Made by a program: the position numbers and the translations under genes. Positions 1 to 8,938 of a stretch of 64,000 nt of DNA are shown piece after piece. The stretch comes from Actinomycetota bacterium (GTDB lineage Bacteria; Actinomycetota; Aquicultoria; UBA3085; Oleimmundimicrobiaceae). The DNA is taken from assembly GCA_030017835.1 (NCBI GenBank), contig JASEGU010000004.1:6445-70444 (forward strand). The letters are read 5' to 3'. Position 1 is the stretch's first letter, and the number at the start of each line of letters is the position of its first letter. Under the pieces are notes generated by a model. The model did not search any database and was not told where the DNA came from. It saw nothing but the letters and a program-made list of their open reading frames with translations.

Positions 1-71
1 ATGTGCAGGCTCGAATTTATGGCGATCTTCGGACTCTTCGGTTTCATATTTGCGTCCTATGGGGGGAAGTG

Positions 72-614
72 ATGGACCTAAAAAGGTTTATGATTCTTTT
101 GAAAATATCAATCTTCTCAGGCTTGCTTCTCCCCTCCTTTGTAGGGGCGACCGCCTTTGCCCTGACATCATCCACCCAGCTAATCGAGGAGCATCAGGAC
201 TACAACGGTAAAACTGTAACCTTCGAGGGAGAAGCCATCGGAGACGTCATGATCAGGGGCGAAAGTGCTTGGATACATCTAAACGACGACCCATACGGCA
301 AGAACCGCTCCCGCGAACTATCCGGATACAATTCGGGCATGGCGGTATGGATTTCAGCCGATGAAGCAGGCAAAATAGAGACGCTTGGCAACTACAACAA
401 CTGGGGAGACCTGGTGAGAGTCGTCGGCACCTTCAATGCCGCCTGCTTAGAGCATGGAGGAGACATGGATATTCACGCAAGCTCCCTTTCCGTAATCAAG
501 CCGGGAGAGGGCATAGATCACCCTATAAGGGCGGAGCGGATCTTTTGGGCAGCAGGCCTTGGGTTTCTATCCGCGACCCTCTTTCTTCTTAACAGGCGCA
601 AGGCAAGATCATGA
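72..614 (+). CDS. hypothetical exported protein with N-terminal signal peptide and C-terminal TM anchor plus basic tail
   Basis: ORF 3..614 trimmed to the in-frame ATG at 72 (MDLKRFMILLKISIFSGLLLPSFVGATAFA). Hydrophobic N-terminus, and the C-terminus ends WAAGLGFLSATLFLLNRRKARS. No family recognised. Confidence 0.4.
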   Translation: MDLKRFMILLKISIFSGLLLPSFVGATAFALTSSTQLIEEHQDYNGKTVTFEGEAIGDVMIRGESAWIHLNDDPYGKNRSRELSGYNSGMAVWISADEAGKIETLGNYNNWGDLVRVVGTFNAACLEHGGDMDIHASSLSVIKPGEGIDHPIRAERIFWAAGLGFLSATLFLLNRRKARS

Positions 615-674
615 TCAGCCCCGGCGGTCGCCTGCAGCTTAACATGATTCAGTCGCTTGCTGTATAATCTTTTC

Positions 675-753
<79 letters not shown>

Positions 754-811
754 ACCATACTCCCAAAACATTTAATTAGCAGTGCTTCAAAGAGGCTCGT
801 GACCAAGGTGT

Positions 812-1162
812 CTACTTTTTCGGCGTCGCCTTCTTGGCCGCAGTCTCCTTCTTCGGCTTTTCGGCGCCCTTTTCCTCTTTCGGCTCAGGCGAAATGGCCT
901 CTTGGGACTCGGATGATTTCAATCTCTCGATCCCTTTTTCGAAATTTTTTGTAACCTCATCCACCTTTACCTTAAGCTCCTTGCTCTTCTTTGCAAAATC
1001 CTTCTTTCCGGCGGCCACAAGCTCTTCGCTTTTGGCCTTCAAGTCCTCCCTGGTCTCTTTGCCCGCCTTTGGGGCCATAAGAAGACCGAGGGTGGCGCCC
1101 GAGATGGCTCCGGCCAAGAAACCGAGTACGGTCTTTATGGGACCACGCTTGTCTTTGGACAT
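812..1162 (-). CDS. YtxH-domain (DUF948) general-stress-like membrane-anchored protein
   Basis: N-terminal GxxxG TM helix (LGFLAGAISGATLGLLMAPKAGKETRE) followed by a Lys/Glu-rich coiled tail, which is typical of the YtxH family. Confidence 0.6.
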   Translation of the reverse strand: MSKDKRGPIKTVLGFLAGAISGATLGLLMAPKAGKETREDLKAKSEELVAAGKKDFAKKSKELKVKVDEVTKNFEKGIERLKSSESQEAISPEPKEEKGAEKPKKETAAKKATPKK

Positions 1163-1296
1163 ATCCCTCTCCTCTCTTCCGCGGTTATATATTCGATTTT
1201 AGCCAAGCAAAAAGATATTATCAAATCGAAGGGCGAATCTGAGTATGAGCAGAAGGTGCGCTCTAAAGCAGAAACCCCTTTATTAGCTGGCCCGAT

Positions 1297-1323
1297 TTGA
1301 CACGGGCATAAGGCTATTATAAT
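1297..1323 (+). promoter_or_regulatory. sigma70-like promoter candidate (TTGACA, 15-nt spacer, TATAAT) upstream of the aminotransferase
   Basis: TTGACA at 1297-1302 and TATAAT at 1318-1323, about 100 nt upstream of the 1424 start. Confidence 0.35.
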
Positions 1324-1423
1324 ATTGGCTCAATTTTAAGCGCGCAAAACCCACCCTCAAATCTGAGCGATTTACGGGGCAGAAGACACCCTCCCGTTTG
1401 GACAATGGAACTTTGGAGAACCG

Positions 1424-2695
1424 ATGGCTCCAGAAATAAGGTTGGATAAATGGAAGGACCTATACTCTAAGCGGGCTCTGGCCCTAAAGTCCTCGGTAAT
1501 CCGCGACCTCTTCATCGTCGCCTCGCGCCCCGACATAATCTCCTTTGCGGGCGGCATGCCCGATACCCGGAGCCTACCGATGAATCTCATAGCCGATGCG
1601 ACCAGGAGGGTTCTGGAGAGAGAAGGGGCGGCGGCCCTCCAATACGGCTCCTCAGATGGGCATTTGGGTCTTAGGGAGCGCATAGCAAGCCTGATGAAGG
1701 ACGACGGCATGGTCGTCGATGTCGAAGAGATAATAGTGACCGACGGCGGCCAGCAGGCCCTCGATTTTCTGGGAAAGATCCTGATAAACCCGGGCGACGA
1801 AATCATCGTCGAAGGACCAAGCTACGTCGGAGCCATTCAGGCCTTCTCCAGCTATCAAGCAAGATTTTTGTCCGTCCCCCTAGATGACGACGGCATTCAG
1901 ATAGAGCCCCTTGAAAAACTCTTGAAAGACCTGAAGGAGGCGGGCAAAAGACCCAAGTTTTTGTATCTGGTGCCAGCCTTTCACAACCCGGCCGGGGTGA
2001 CCCTCGCACTCGAAAGGCGAAGGAGGATAGTCGAGATGGCCAGGGAGCACTCTCTCTTGGTGATAGAGGATAACCCCTACGACCAGCTTCGCTTCGACGG
2101 AGAGCCGCTTGCCACTTTAAGGTCGATGGATGATTCGATCGTCTACATGAGCACCTTCTCTAAAATATTCTCTCCCGGGGTGCGCCTGGGTTGGATCGCT
2201 GCGCCCAAGCCGATCTTGGAAAAGCTCAACTTTGCCAAGCAGGCAGCAAACCTCTGTTCGAGCTCGTTCTCCCAAAGGGTGGTCGAAGAGTACTTCAACA
2301 CCTGTCCCTGGGAGAAGTACCTCAAGAAACAGACCGACCTCTATAAGGAGAGACGCAACGTCATGCTCTCAGCTTTGGAAGAATTCTTTCCAAGCGAGGC
2401 CAGATGGACCCGCCCGATGGGAGGACTCTTCCTCTGGGTCACATTGCCCGACTACATTAATACTTCGGAGATGTTGGCCGAATCGATCGACCAAGCCAAG
2501 GTGGCCTACGTGCCGGGCGAAGCTTTCTTTACCGACGGCAGCGGCAAGAACTCGATGCGCTTAAACTTCTCCTATCCACACAAGGAGAGCATCAGAGAGG
2601 GGATTGAGCGGCTGGGAGATTTGATAAAATCACAGATGAGACTCTATGAGACCTTCACCAAGAAGCTTAAAATAGATGAGGATAAAAAGCGATGA
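1424..2695 (+). CDS. PLP-dependent aminotransferase, class I/II (AspC/LysN-like)
   Basis: 423 aa with fold-type I aminotransferase architecture (…FAGGMPD…, …YMSTFSKIFSPGVRLGW…). The Lys-containing SKxxxPGxRxG motif is present. Confidence 0.8.
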   Translation: MAPEIRLDKWKDLYSKRALALKSSVIRDLFIVASRPDIISFAGGMPDTRSLPMNLIADATRRVLEREGAAALQYGSSDGHLGLRERIASLMKDDGMVVDVEEIIVTDGGQQALDFLGKILINPGDEIIVEGPSYVGAIQAFSSYQARFLSVPLDDDGIQIEPLEKLLKDLKEAGKRPKFLYLVPAFHNPAGVTLALERRRRIVEMAREHSLLVIEDNPYDQLRFDGEPLATLRSMDDSIVYMSTFSKIFSPGVRLGWIAAPKPILEKLNFAKQAANLCSSSFSQRVVEEYFNTCPWEKYLKKQTDLYKERRNVMLSALEEFFPSEARWTRPMGGLFLWVTLPDYINTSEMLAESIDQAKVAYVPGEAFFTDGSGKNSMRLNFSYPHKESIREGIERLGDLIKSQMRLYETFTKKLKIDEDKKR

Positions 2696-2720
2696 TATGG
2701 ATGAGACATTAGGAGGAGAT

Positions 2721-3668
2721 ATGAGCAAGCCTAAAGTTGCCGTCCTGATGGGCGGACGCTCGCTGGAGAGGGAGGTCTCCCTAAAGAGCGGCCACCGAGT
2801 CTCCGAAGCCCTAAAGTCTAAGGGCTACCCCATAATCCAGATCGATGTAAGCGAGAACCTTGTAGATCTGCTCAAGCAAGAGCGGCCCGAGGTAGTCTAC
2901 ATCGCTCTACATGGCAAGTACGGTGAGGACGGAACGGTTCAGGAGCTCCTCGAGATACTCGACATCCCATATACCGGGCCGGGCGTCTACTCAAGCATCA
3001 TCGGATTCGACAAGGCCATATCGAAGGAGATCTTTCAGATAAATTCCATCCCAACGGCCCCCTTCGTCTCCTTGAGCGAGGGCGCCTTCAAAGAGATGGG
3101 AGCCTCCGCAGCCCTGGCCGAGGTGATAGCGAAGATAGGTCTGCCCTTGATCGTAAAGCCGGCCCGGCAGGGATCGGCCCTTGGGATCAAGTACGTCAAG
3201 GAGCGGGGCGAGCTGGCCGAAGCCCTCCTTGGTGCCTTAAGCTACGACAAGAAGGTGATAATAGAGAAATTCATAAAGGGTAAGGAGCTTGCCATCAGCA
3301 TCCTGGAAGAGGACGGCCAGCCTAAGGCCCTGCCGATAGTCGAGATCGTAACCGAAAAGGATTTCTTCGACTTCGAGGCGATGTATTCGATGGGAGAAAC
3401 CAAATATTTCGTGCCGGCCCGGCTTTCAAAAGACGAGACCAAAGATGTTCAAGAACTGGCTGTAAGGGTCCATCGGACCCTTCTCTGCCGCGACGTCTCG
3501 AGGGTGGATATGATCCTCTCTGAAGACGGCCCGATCGTTCTGGAGCTAAATACCGGCCCCGGCATGACCGAGACGAGCCTCCTTCCGATGGCGGCCGAGG
3601 CGGCGGGGGTAGAATATGGCGACCTAGTCCAGCGCCTGATAGTGATGGCCTTAAAAAGAAGATGTTGA
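2721..3668 (+). CDS. ddl: D-alanine--D-alanine ligase (paralog 1)
   Basis: MSKPKVAVLMGGRSLEREVSLKSG… is an ATP-grasp Ddl. The ATG at 2721 follows AGGAGGAG (2711-2718), and the ORF upstream extension is unlikely. Confidence 0.85.
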   Translation: MSKPKVAVLMGGRSLEREVSLKSGHRVSEALKSKGYPIIQIDVSENLVDLLKQERPEVVYIALHGKYGEDGTVQELLEILDIPYTGPGVYSSIIGFDKAISKEIFQINSIPTAPFVSLSEGAFKEMGASAALAEVIAKIGLPLIVKPARQGSALGIKYVKERGELAEALLGALSYDKKVIIEKFIKGKELAISILEEDGQPKALPIVEIVTEKDFFDFEAMYSMGETKYFVPARLSKDETKDVQELAVRVHRTLLCRDVSRVDMILSEDGPIVLELNTGPGMTETSLLPMAAEAAGVEYGDLVQRLIVMALKRRC

Positions 3669-3703
3669 CCCGCCCCGGCCGCCGCCCTATAATCTCTTTT
3701 TGG

Positions 3704-3779
3704 GCCCCCGTAGCTCAGGGGATAGAGCAAAGGTTTCCTAAACCTTGTGTCGCAGGTTCGATTCCTGCCGGGGGCACCA
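3704..3779 (+). tRNA. tRNA-Arg (anticodon CCT)
   Basis: Acceptor GCCCCCG/CGGGGGC, anticodon stem AAGGT/ACCTT, loop TTCCTAA, T-loop TTCGATT, CCA encoded. Confidence 0.8.
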
Positions 3780-3806
3780 TCTCTCTTTCATAATTTGCAA
3801 ATCAGC

Positions 3807-4310
3807 TTAAGAGAGCCTCTCGGCTATGGACAGGCCGAACCTATTGGCGGCCGCCGGGCCGTTTGCGGTGATTATTCTGCCGTCCACCACCACGTTCTCA
3901 TCGATTAAGATCGCCCCCTTCGACAGGAGGTCCCCCTTCATCGACCCAAAGACCGTAGCCCTCTTCCCTTGAAGCAGTCCGGCATTGGCGAGTATGACCG
4001 GGGCGATGCAGATGGCAGCAGTGATTTTTCCGGCTTTTAGAGACGCCTTGGCAAGATCCATGGCCACCTCGTCCTCGAAGTACTCCTTGGCTCCGGACCC
4101 GCCCACGAAGATGATCGCCTCGTAATCCTCCGCCCGTGCCTCCTTTAGGGCGATGTCGGCAAGGACGCGCGCCCCGCCAATCCCCCTCGACTCACGCCCC
4201 GTTGATGAGGCAACCGTAACCTTGGCTCCAAAAGACTCGAGAACGTGCCTCGGCTCCAGATACTCTTCGTCTCTGAAGTTATTGCTCGCAACAACCATCA
4301 AGACCTTCAT
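3807..4310 (-). CDS. DJ-1/PfpI family protein (intracellular protease/glyoxalase-like)
   Basis: 167 aa with the nucleophile elbow AICIAPVILANAGLL, typical of DJ-1/PfpI. Confidence 0.8.
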   Translation of the reverse strand: MKVLMVVASNNFRDEEYLEPRHVLESFGAKVTVASSTGRESRGIGGARVLADIALKEARAEDYEAIIFVGGSGAKEYFEDEVAMDLAKASLKAGKITAAICIAPVILANAGLLQGKRATVFGSMKGDLLSKGAILIDENVVVDGRIITANGPAAANRFGLSIAERLS

Positions 4311-4420
4311 CTTAAATCTCCTCCCCTTTTCTCGGTCGAAAAGACCGAGTAAAATCTTGTTAAATATTATGTTAAGCTATGGAGGATGATCCCTCAAGGA
4401 GGCGGGAAGGAGCTTAGCTT

Positions 4421-5314
4421 TTGATGGTAAGCATAGCGAAAGAGAGAGGTCTTGAGAAAAATAGACGCCTGATCAAGAGCCTTATCGGGCCAACCAGGGT
4501 AATATATACGGATGTGGACGGAACCCTGGTTGGCCCGAAGGGCTCTCTTTTTAGAGCGGCCGATGGCAGCCTCACTTTGGCTGCGGCCAAGGCCATAATG
4601 CTGGCGAGCGAACGTGGCATCGATATCGTGATGGTCTCGGGAAGAAGCGCCCGCCAACTCTTCGGCGATGCTCGAATTTTGGGCTTTAATAACTACATCG
4701 CCGAGATGGGCTGCGAGATAGTCTATGGAGGCGGATCGGAGATAGTCAAAAACTTCGAAGACCTGGCGGGGAGCGATGCCGGTCTCTATGAAGCCATAGC
4801 AAAATCCGGCTCGGTAGAGCTCCTCTTCGAGAGGTACCCTGGCAGGCTGGAATATCACACCCCTTGGTCCGAAGGAAGAAACTGCACTCATGTCTTTCGG
4901 GGTCATGTCGACATCGACCAGGCCATGAGCCTGTTGGAGAGGGAGGGCTTAAAAGATCTCAAGCTCATCGACAACGGAATAATCGCCCGTAGAGGCACGC
5001 TGGACAAATCCGTAAAAGAGATCCACGCCTATCACCTGATGCCGAGGTCGGCATCGAAGCAGAGCGGGCTCGCAAGAGATATGGAAATCCGAAAGATACC
5101 TAGGAAGACGACCATTGCCATCGGCGACGCCGTCTCGGACGTGGCAATGGCCGAGCACGTCGGAGTCTTCTTCCTGGTAAGAAATGCCCTGATGTCTAAA
5201 GAGTGCCTCGGACTTGAAGGGGAGATTGCAAAATACAAAAATGTCTTCGTCACCGAGGGCGAGGTGGGCGAGGGCTTTGCTGAGGTCGTTGAGCTTGCGT
5301 TGGAGGATCGATAG
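4421..5314 (+). CDS. HAD-superfamily (IIB-like) phosphatase
   Basis: Motif I is VIYTDVDGTLVGP, and the C-terminus carries GDAVSDVAMAE (motif IV). No further subfamily call. Confidence 0.65.
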   Translation: MMVSIAKERGLEKNRRLIKSLIGPTRVIYTDVDGTLVGPKGSLFRAADGSLTLAAAKAIMLASERGIDIVMVSGRSARQLFGDARILGFNNYIAEMGCEIVYGGGSEIVKNFEDLAGSDAGLYEAIAKSGSVELLFERYPGRLEYHTPWSEGRNCTHVFRGHVDIDQAMSLLEREGLKDLKLIDNGIIARRGTLDKSVKEIHAYHLMPRSASKQSGLARDMEIRKIPRKTTIAIGDAVSDVAMAEHVGVFFLVRNALMSKECLGLEGEIAKYKNVFVTEGEVGEGFAEVVELALEDR

Positions 5315-5330
5315 GATCACTTTCAAACAC

Positions 5331-5359
5331 AAAAAGGGAGGGCATTCGCCCTCCCTTTA
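5331..5359. terminator. bidirectional rho-independent terminator between convergent genes
   Basis: AAAAAGGGAGGGCattcGCCCTCCCTTT is a perfect 9-bp GC stem flanked by A and T runs. It lies between the HAD gene (end 5314) and glycerate kinase (end 5555). Confidence 0.7.
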
Positions 5360-5554
5360 GTCTATGGGTCGCCCTCGCTCATTTTAAGGCTTATTTCCAT
5401 CTGGCGTCGTCATGGACAGCCGCCTTCTGCTTTACAGCAGTACCACCGGTGCATTCTCATGTCAAACAATCAAATCACCTCCTTCCAAAGAGAAAGGATA
5501 TGGTATAGTGTAAATCAAAATTTTAGCATAGATTTAAGCCGCCTTCAAACCAGC

Positions 5555-6718
5555 TCAGCGGTCGAGGTGCTTTAAGGCTATCTCTTCACCAAGCTCCTTA
5601 AGCAATTCGGCCGCCCGCTCGATCGACTCGTCCTTTGAGCCACCCGCTCTCTCAAGAAGAGAATAAGCCGCGGTCGCCCCAGCCTCCAAGATGCTTTCAC
5701 CCGCCCCCTCTTCAACCACTCCGGCTACCACCACGCAAGGGACGCCAAGGCTCCTGGCAAGGCTAAGTACACCAAGGGGCGTTTTTCCGAAGGCCGTCTG
5801 GACGTCCAGCTTTCCCTCTCCGGTTATTACAAGATCCACCAAGGCCATTTTCTCCTTAAGATGAGAGACCGCGATGATGAGGTCGATGCCCGAATGCATC
5901 TTGGCCCCGAGGAAGACCATTAGGCCGGCGCCAAGGCCGCCCGCCGCTCCGGCGCCGGTCTTGTTCGCGACATCGATTCCAAGGTCCCTTAGGATGACAT
6001 CCGCAAAATTTCTAAGCCCCCGATCCAGCATCTCGACGATCTTCGGATCGGCTCCCTTTTGAGGGGAGTAGACGAAGGCTGCGCCGTCCGGACCGTAAAG
6101 GTGGTTCTTCACATCGGAGGCGACGATAAAGTCGACTCCCTTGATCCGTTCGTCGATTTTGGAAGCATCGATCCTTGCAACTTTTTCTAAAAGAGCTCCG
6201 GAGCCGAAATCCTTTATTTCCTCGGCCGCCTCGTCGAAGAATTTTACTCCGAGAGCCTGGGCCATACCCATGCCTCCATCGGTCGTCGCGCTTCCGCCTA
6301 TTCCTATGATAATCTTTGACGGCCGCCTTTTTAAGGCGGCCAAAACGAGTTCCCCCGTACCATAGGTGGTCGTAAATAAGGGATTTCTCTTCTCTTTCGG
6401 GATCAAGGATAGGCCTGAGGCGGCGGCCATCTCTAAAACCGCAACTTCCTCTTTCTTTTGGCCCAATTCCTCATTGATGAGACCAAAGAATGCCAGCGTC
6501 ATCTCGCCAAGAGGTCCCGTGACTAAGGCCTCTATGCGCTCTCCGCCAGCCCCGGCTATTAGGGCGTCGACCGTTCCTTCGCCGCCGTCGGCTAAGGGGG
6601 CGGTGATTATGTGAGTCGCTGGTCGCACCCTTTCCATGCCGGTTTTGAGGGCGGCGGCAACTTCGGAAGCCGAAAGGGAGTCCTTGAATTTGTCGGGAGC
6701 GATGAGGACGGTGGCCAA
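5555..6718 (-). CDS. glxK: glycerate kinase
   Basis: The N-terminus MATVLIAPDKFKDSLSA… is the glycerate kinase family signature (IAPDSFKxSL). Confidence 0.85.
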   Translation of the reverse strand: MATVLIAPDKFKDSLSASEVAAALKTGMERVRPATHIITAPLADGGEGTVDALIAGAGGERIEALVTGPLGEMTLAFFGLINEELGQKKEEVAVLEMAAASGLSLIPKEKRNPLFTTTYGTGELVLAALKRRPSKIIIGIGGSATTDGGMGMAQALGVKFFDEAAEEIKDFGSGALLEKVARIDASKIDERIKGVDFIVASDVKNHLYGPDGAAFVYSPQKGADPKIVEMLDRGLRNFADVILRDLGIDVANKTGAGAAGGLGAGLMVFLGAKMHSGIDLIIAVSHLKEKMALVDLVITGEGKLDVQTAFGKTPLGVLSLARSLGVPCVVVAGVVEEGAGESILEAGATAAYSLLERAGGSKDESIERAAELLKELGEEIALKHLDR

Positions 6719-6751
6719 CTTGTCCCCTTTGCCTTCAGGGCCTCTTAAGAT

Positions 6752-7666
6752 CTATGCCTCTCTTAAGAATGCTTTCTCTTCTGCGGTGTCGAGCATCTTA
6801 GAGACCTTGACGATCTCATAGCCCTCTTCAAACAAAAAATCTATGACCTTGGGCAGCGCCATTATCGTGTTTGTCCGGTTCTTCTGCTTGCACCCGATCA
6901 AAGAGCCGTTATCGTGAAAGAGGATTATCGCGCCATCGCGCACAAAGAGCTTGACCCGCCAGAGAATAGCCTTGGGCTTTACCCCTCGCCAATCGAGCGA
7001 GCTTAAGGTCCAGAGAACTATCCGATAGCCCTCTTTGAGAATCTCTCTTCTGGTCTTAGTCCTGGTAAATCCGCGGGGAGGACGGAAGATGTTGGTCTTG
7101 ATCCCAGTGGCCCGAAATATCGATTCTTCGGCCCGAGCTATATCGCTTAAAATGGCTTTGTCCTTAGAGAGACCCATTTCGATGTGGCTGTGGGTATGAT
7201 TACCTATCTCGTGGCCTTCGGCTACGATGCGTCTGGCTAGCTCGGGATACTTGTCGACGTAGCTGCCGGTCAAAAAAAAGGTCGCCTTGACGCCCTTATC
7301 GCTTAGAATATCCAGAATCTTTGGGGTGTTTTTGGGACTTGGACCGTCGTCGAAGGTTATGGCGACCATTTGGCTTAAGAGTCCTTGGCGAAAGACCCCC
7401 TCTTGACAGCCGATGCCATGATACTCCGAGTAGCTGGCAAAGATGGCCAGGGCCGCATATAGGACGAGGAATAAGAGGATGTAGCTCTGGCTTCCCCTGC
7501 CAATCTTAAGCAGGACGTTTCCATAAGGCAGGCTCCTAAGAAAGATTACCCCCGCTATCGACAAGGTCAGACCATAGGTTAGTTTGGGAAAAAAATACTT
7601 AAAGTACCTCTTCAAACAGCTTTTCTCCTTAAGAAGGATGGGGCTTCGAAGCGGAGCCCCATCCAC
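6752..7666 (-). CDS. polysaccharide deacetylase (NodB homology) with N-terminal TM helices
   Basis: VAITFDDGPSPKNTPKILDILSDKGVKATFFLTGSYV plus HTHSH are the NodB catalytic motifs. Confidence 0.8.
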   Translation of the reverse strand: MDGAPLRSPILLKEKSCLKRYFKYFFPKLTYGLTLSIAGVIFLRSLPYGNVLLKIGRGSQSYILLFLVLYAALAIFASYSEYHGIGCQEGVFRQGLLSQMVAITFDDGPSPKNTPKILDILSDKGVKATFFLTGSYVDKYPELARRIVAEGHEIGNHTHSHIEMGLSKDKAILSDIARAEESIFRATGIKTNIFRPPRGFTRTKTRREILKEGYRIVLWTLSSLDWRGVKPKAILWRVKLFVRDGAIILFHDNGSLIGCKQKNRTNTIMALPKVIDFLFEEGYEIVKVSKMLDTAEEKAFLREA

Positions 7667-7675
7667 AATTATCCA

Positions 7676-8779
7676 TTACTCGCCCGGAACGAACCTGTCC
7701 TTTAGCTTCTCCATGACCATGGGCATCGTCGTGTATTCCATCTCTTCCAAGGGAAGACGATGGGGCTCGAAGGGGCCGTGAGCCCTTAAGTAATCGGCCG
7801 CATCCAGGGCCTTCTTCCTGGCATTGTCGTAGCTGGGATCGTCGAACATATCGCGCGGTCCCACGAAGTTACCGCCCGAAATCTGAAAGCCCAAGCAGAC
7901 GACCCTGGGCGGTCCATCGAACCTGGTCGGGTTGGCCTTCTCCACCGATACCGGCATGAGCGGACCATGATGGGAGCCGCGCATCCAGCCAGCCACCGCA
8001 TGGGGGAAAGAGAAGGGCTCGACGACTTCGCCCACGGCCGGCATGCCGCTCTGTGACCTGACGATCATCACCGGATCATCCTTTCCGACGTACCGACCGG
8101 CCATCAGGTTGAGCCGCTGGGTCGAGGTGACGGCCGCTATTTCGTTATCGCCCTTGCGGTAGACATGCTTGATGGCAAATCTGGAAGGGGCCCCGATGAA
8201 GATGAGCATGTTGTATAGCTCTTCGGGACAAGAGAAGGTGACCTTCTTGTGCTCCATCATATCGACGACCTCGAAGTTGAAGCCGTCATGCATATTCGGG
8301 TCTATAACCAGACCGATGGTGTTGAAGGGATCGGCAAACATCTTGTAGAGTGGCAGATTCCAGGCGCCAGGCTCCGTCTTGTCGGCCAAAAATATCAGAA
8401 TCGGCTCGCTCTTTCTCTCTTCAAACTCCATCTCGGCAAAGCCGGGACCCATCCCCTTTAGGTTGCCGGAGAATGCATCGGACAACAGGTCTTGGCCCGC
8501 CCCGTACAGCTTGAGCTTCTTGGCAACCTCGGTTGTCTTCATGAAGGTCTCCCAAGCAAATTTGTGGATCTTCTCGTTCTCGATCCCGTGCTCATGGGTC
8601 ATTATCAGAGCTATGTCATCACCCACGTGACCACAGTGAACATCGATGAGCAGACCGCTTTTCTTGGCCTTTTCGAGTTCTCCGGCCGACTCACCGAGCA
8701 GATCATCATGGACCGAAGAGTGACCGACATAGCCGCCCACGTCGGCCTTGATAACGCTCAGCGTAATCTTGTCTCCCAT
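7676..8779 (-). CDS. fbp: bifunctional fructose-1,6-bisphosphate aldolase/phosphatase (class V, archaeal-type FBPase)
   Basis: MGDKITLSVIKADVGGYVGHS… through …DPVMIVRSQSGMPAVGE…GWMRGSHHGPLMPVS… has motif-level identity to archaeal and deep-branching bacterial FBP A/P enzymes. Confidence 0.85.
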   Translation of the reverse strand: MGDKITLSVIKADVGGYVGHSSVHDDLLGESAGELEKAKKSGLLIDVHCGHVGDDIALIMTHEHGIENEKIHKFAWETFMKTTEVAKKLKLYGAGQDLLSDAFSGNLKGMGPGFAEMEFEERKSEPILIFLADKTEPGAWNLPLYKMFADPFNTIGLVIDPNMHDGFNFEVVDMMEHKKVTFSCPEELYNMLIFIGAPSRFAIKHVYRKGDNEIAAVTSTQRLNLMAGRYVGKDDPVMIVRSQSGMPAVGEVVEPFSFPHAVAGWMRGSHHGPLMPVSVEKANPTRFDGPPRVVCLGFQISGGNFVGPRDMFDDPSYDNARKKALDAADYLRAHGPFEPHRLPLEEMEYTTMPMVMEKLKDRFVPGE

Positions 8780-8938
8780 AAATCCTCCTTTAATTGAATA
8801 TTCAGATATACATTCTATCTCAAAGAAACAAATCGTGCCTTACTTGCCTTGCGCAACAATGGGTCAACTGGGTTATCGAAAAGAACTCCCCTGCGCTTTA
8901 CATAAAAGCCCCTTCTGATATTCTATTTTAATAGCAAT

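Noticed and set aside
4394-4906. 170-aa ORF antisense to the HAD phosphatase gene
   Set aside because: It lies entirely inside a well-supported CDS on the opposite strand and has no recognisable domain. It is a typical high-GC antisense artefact.
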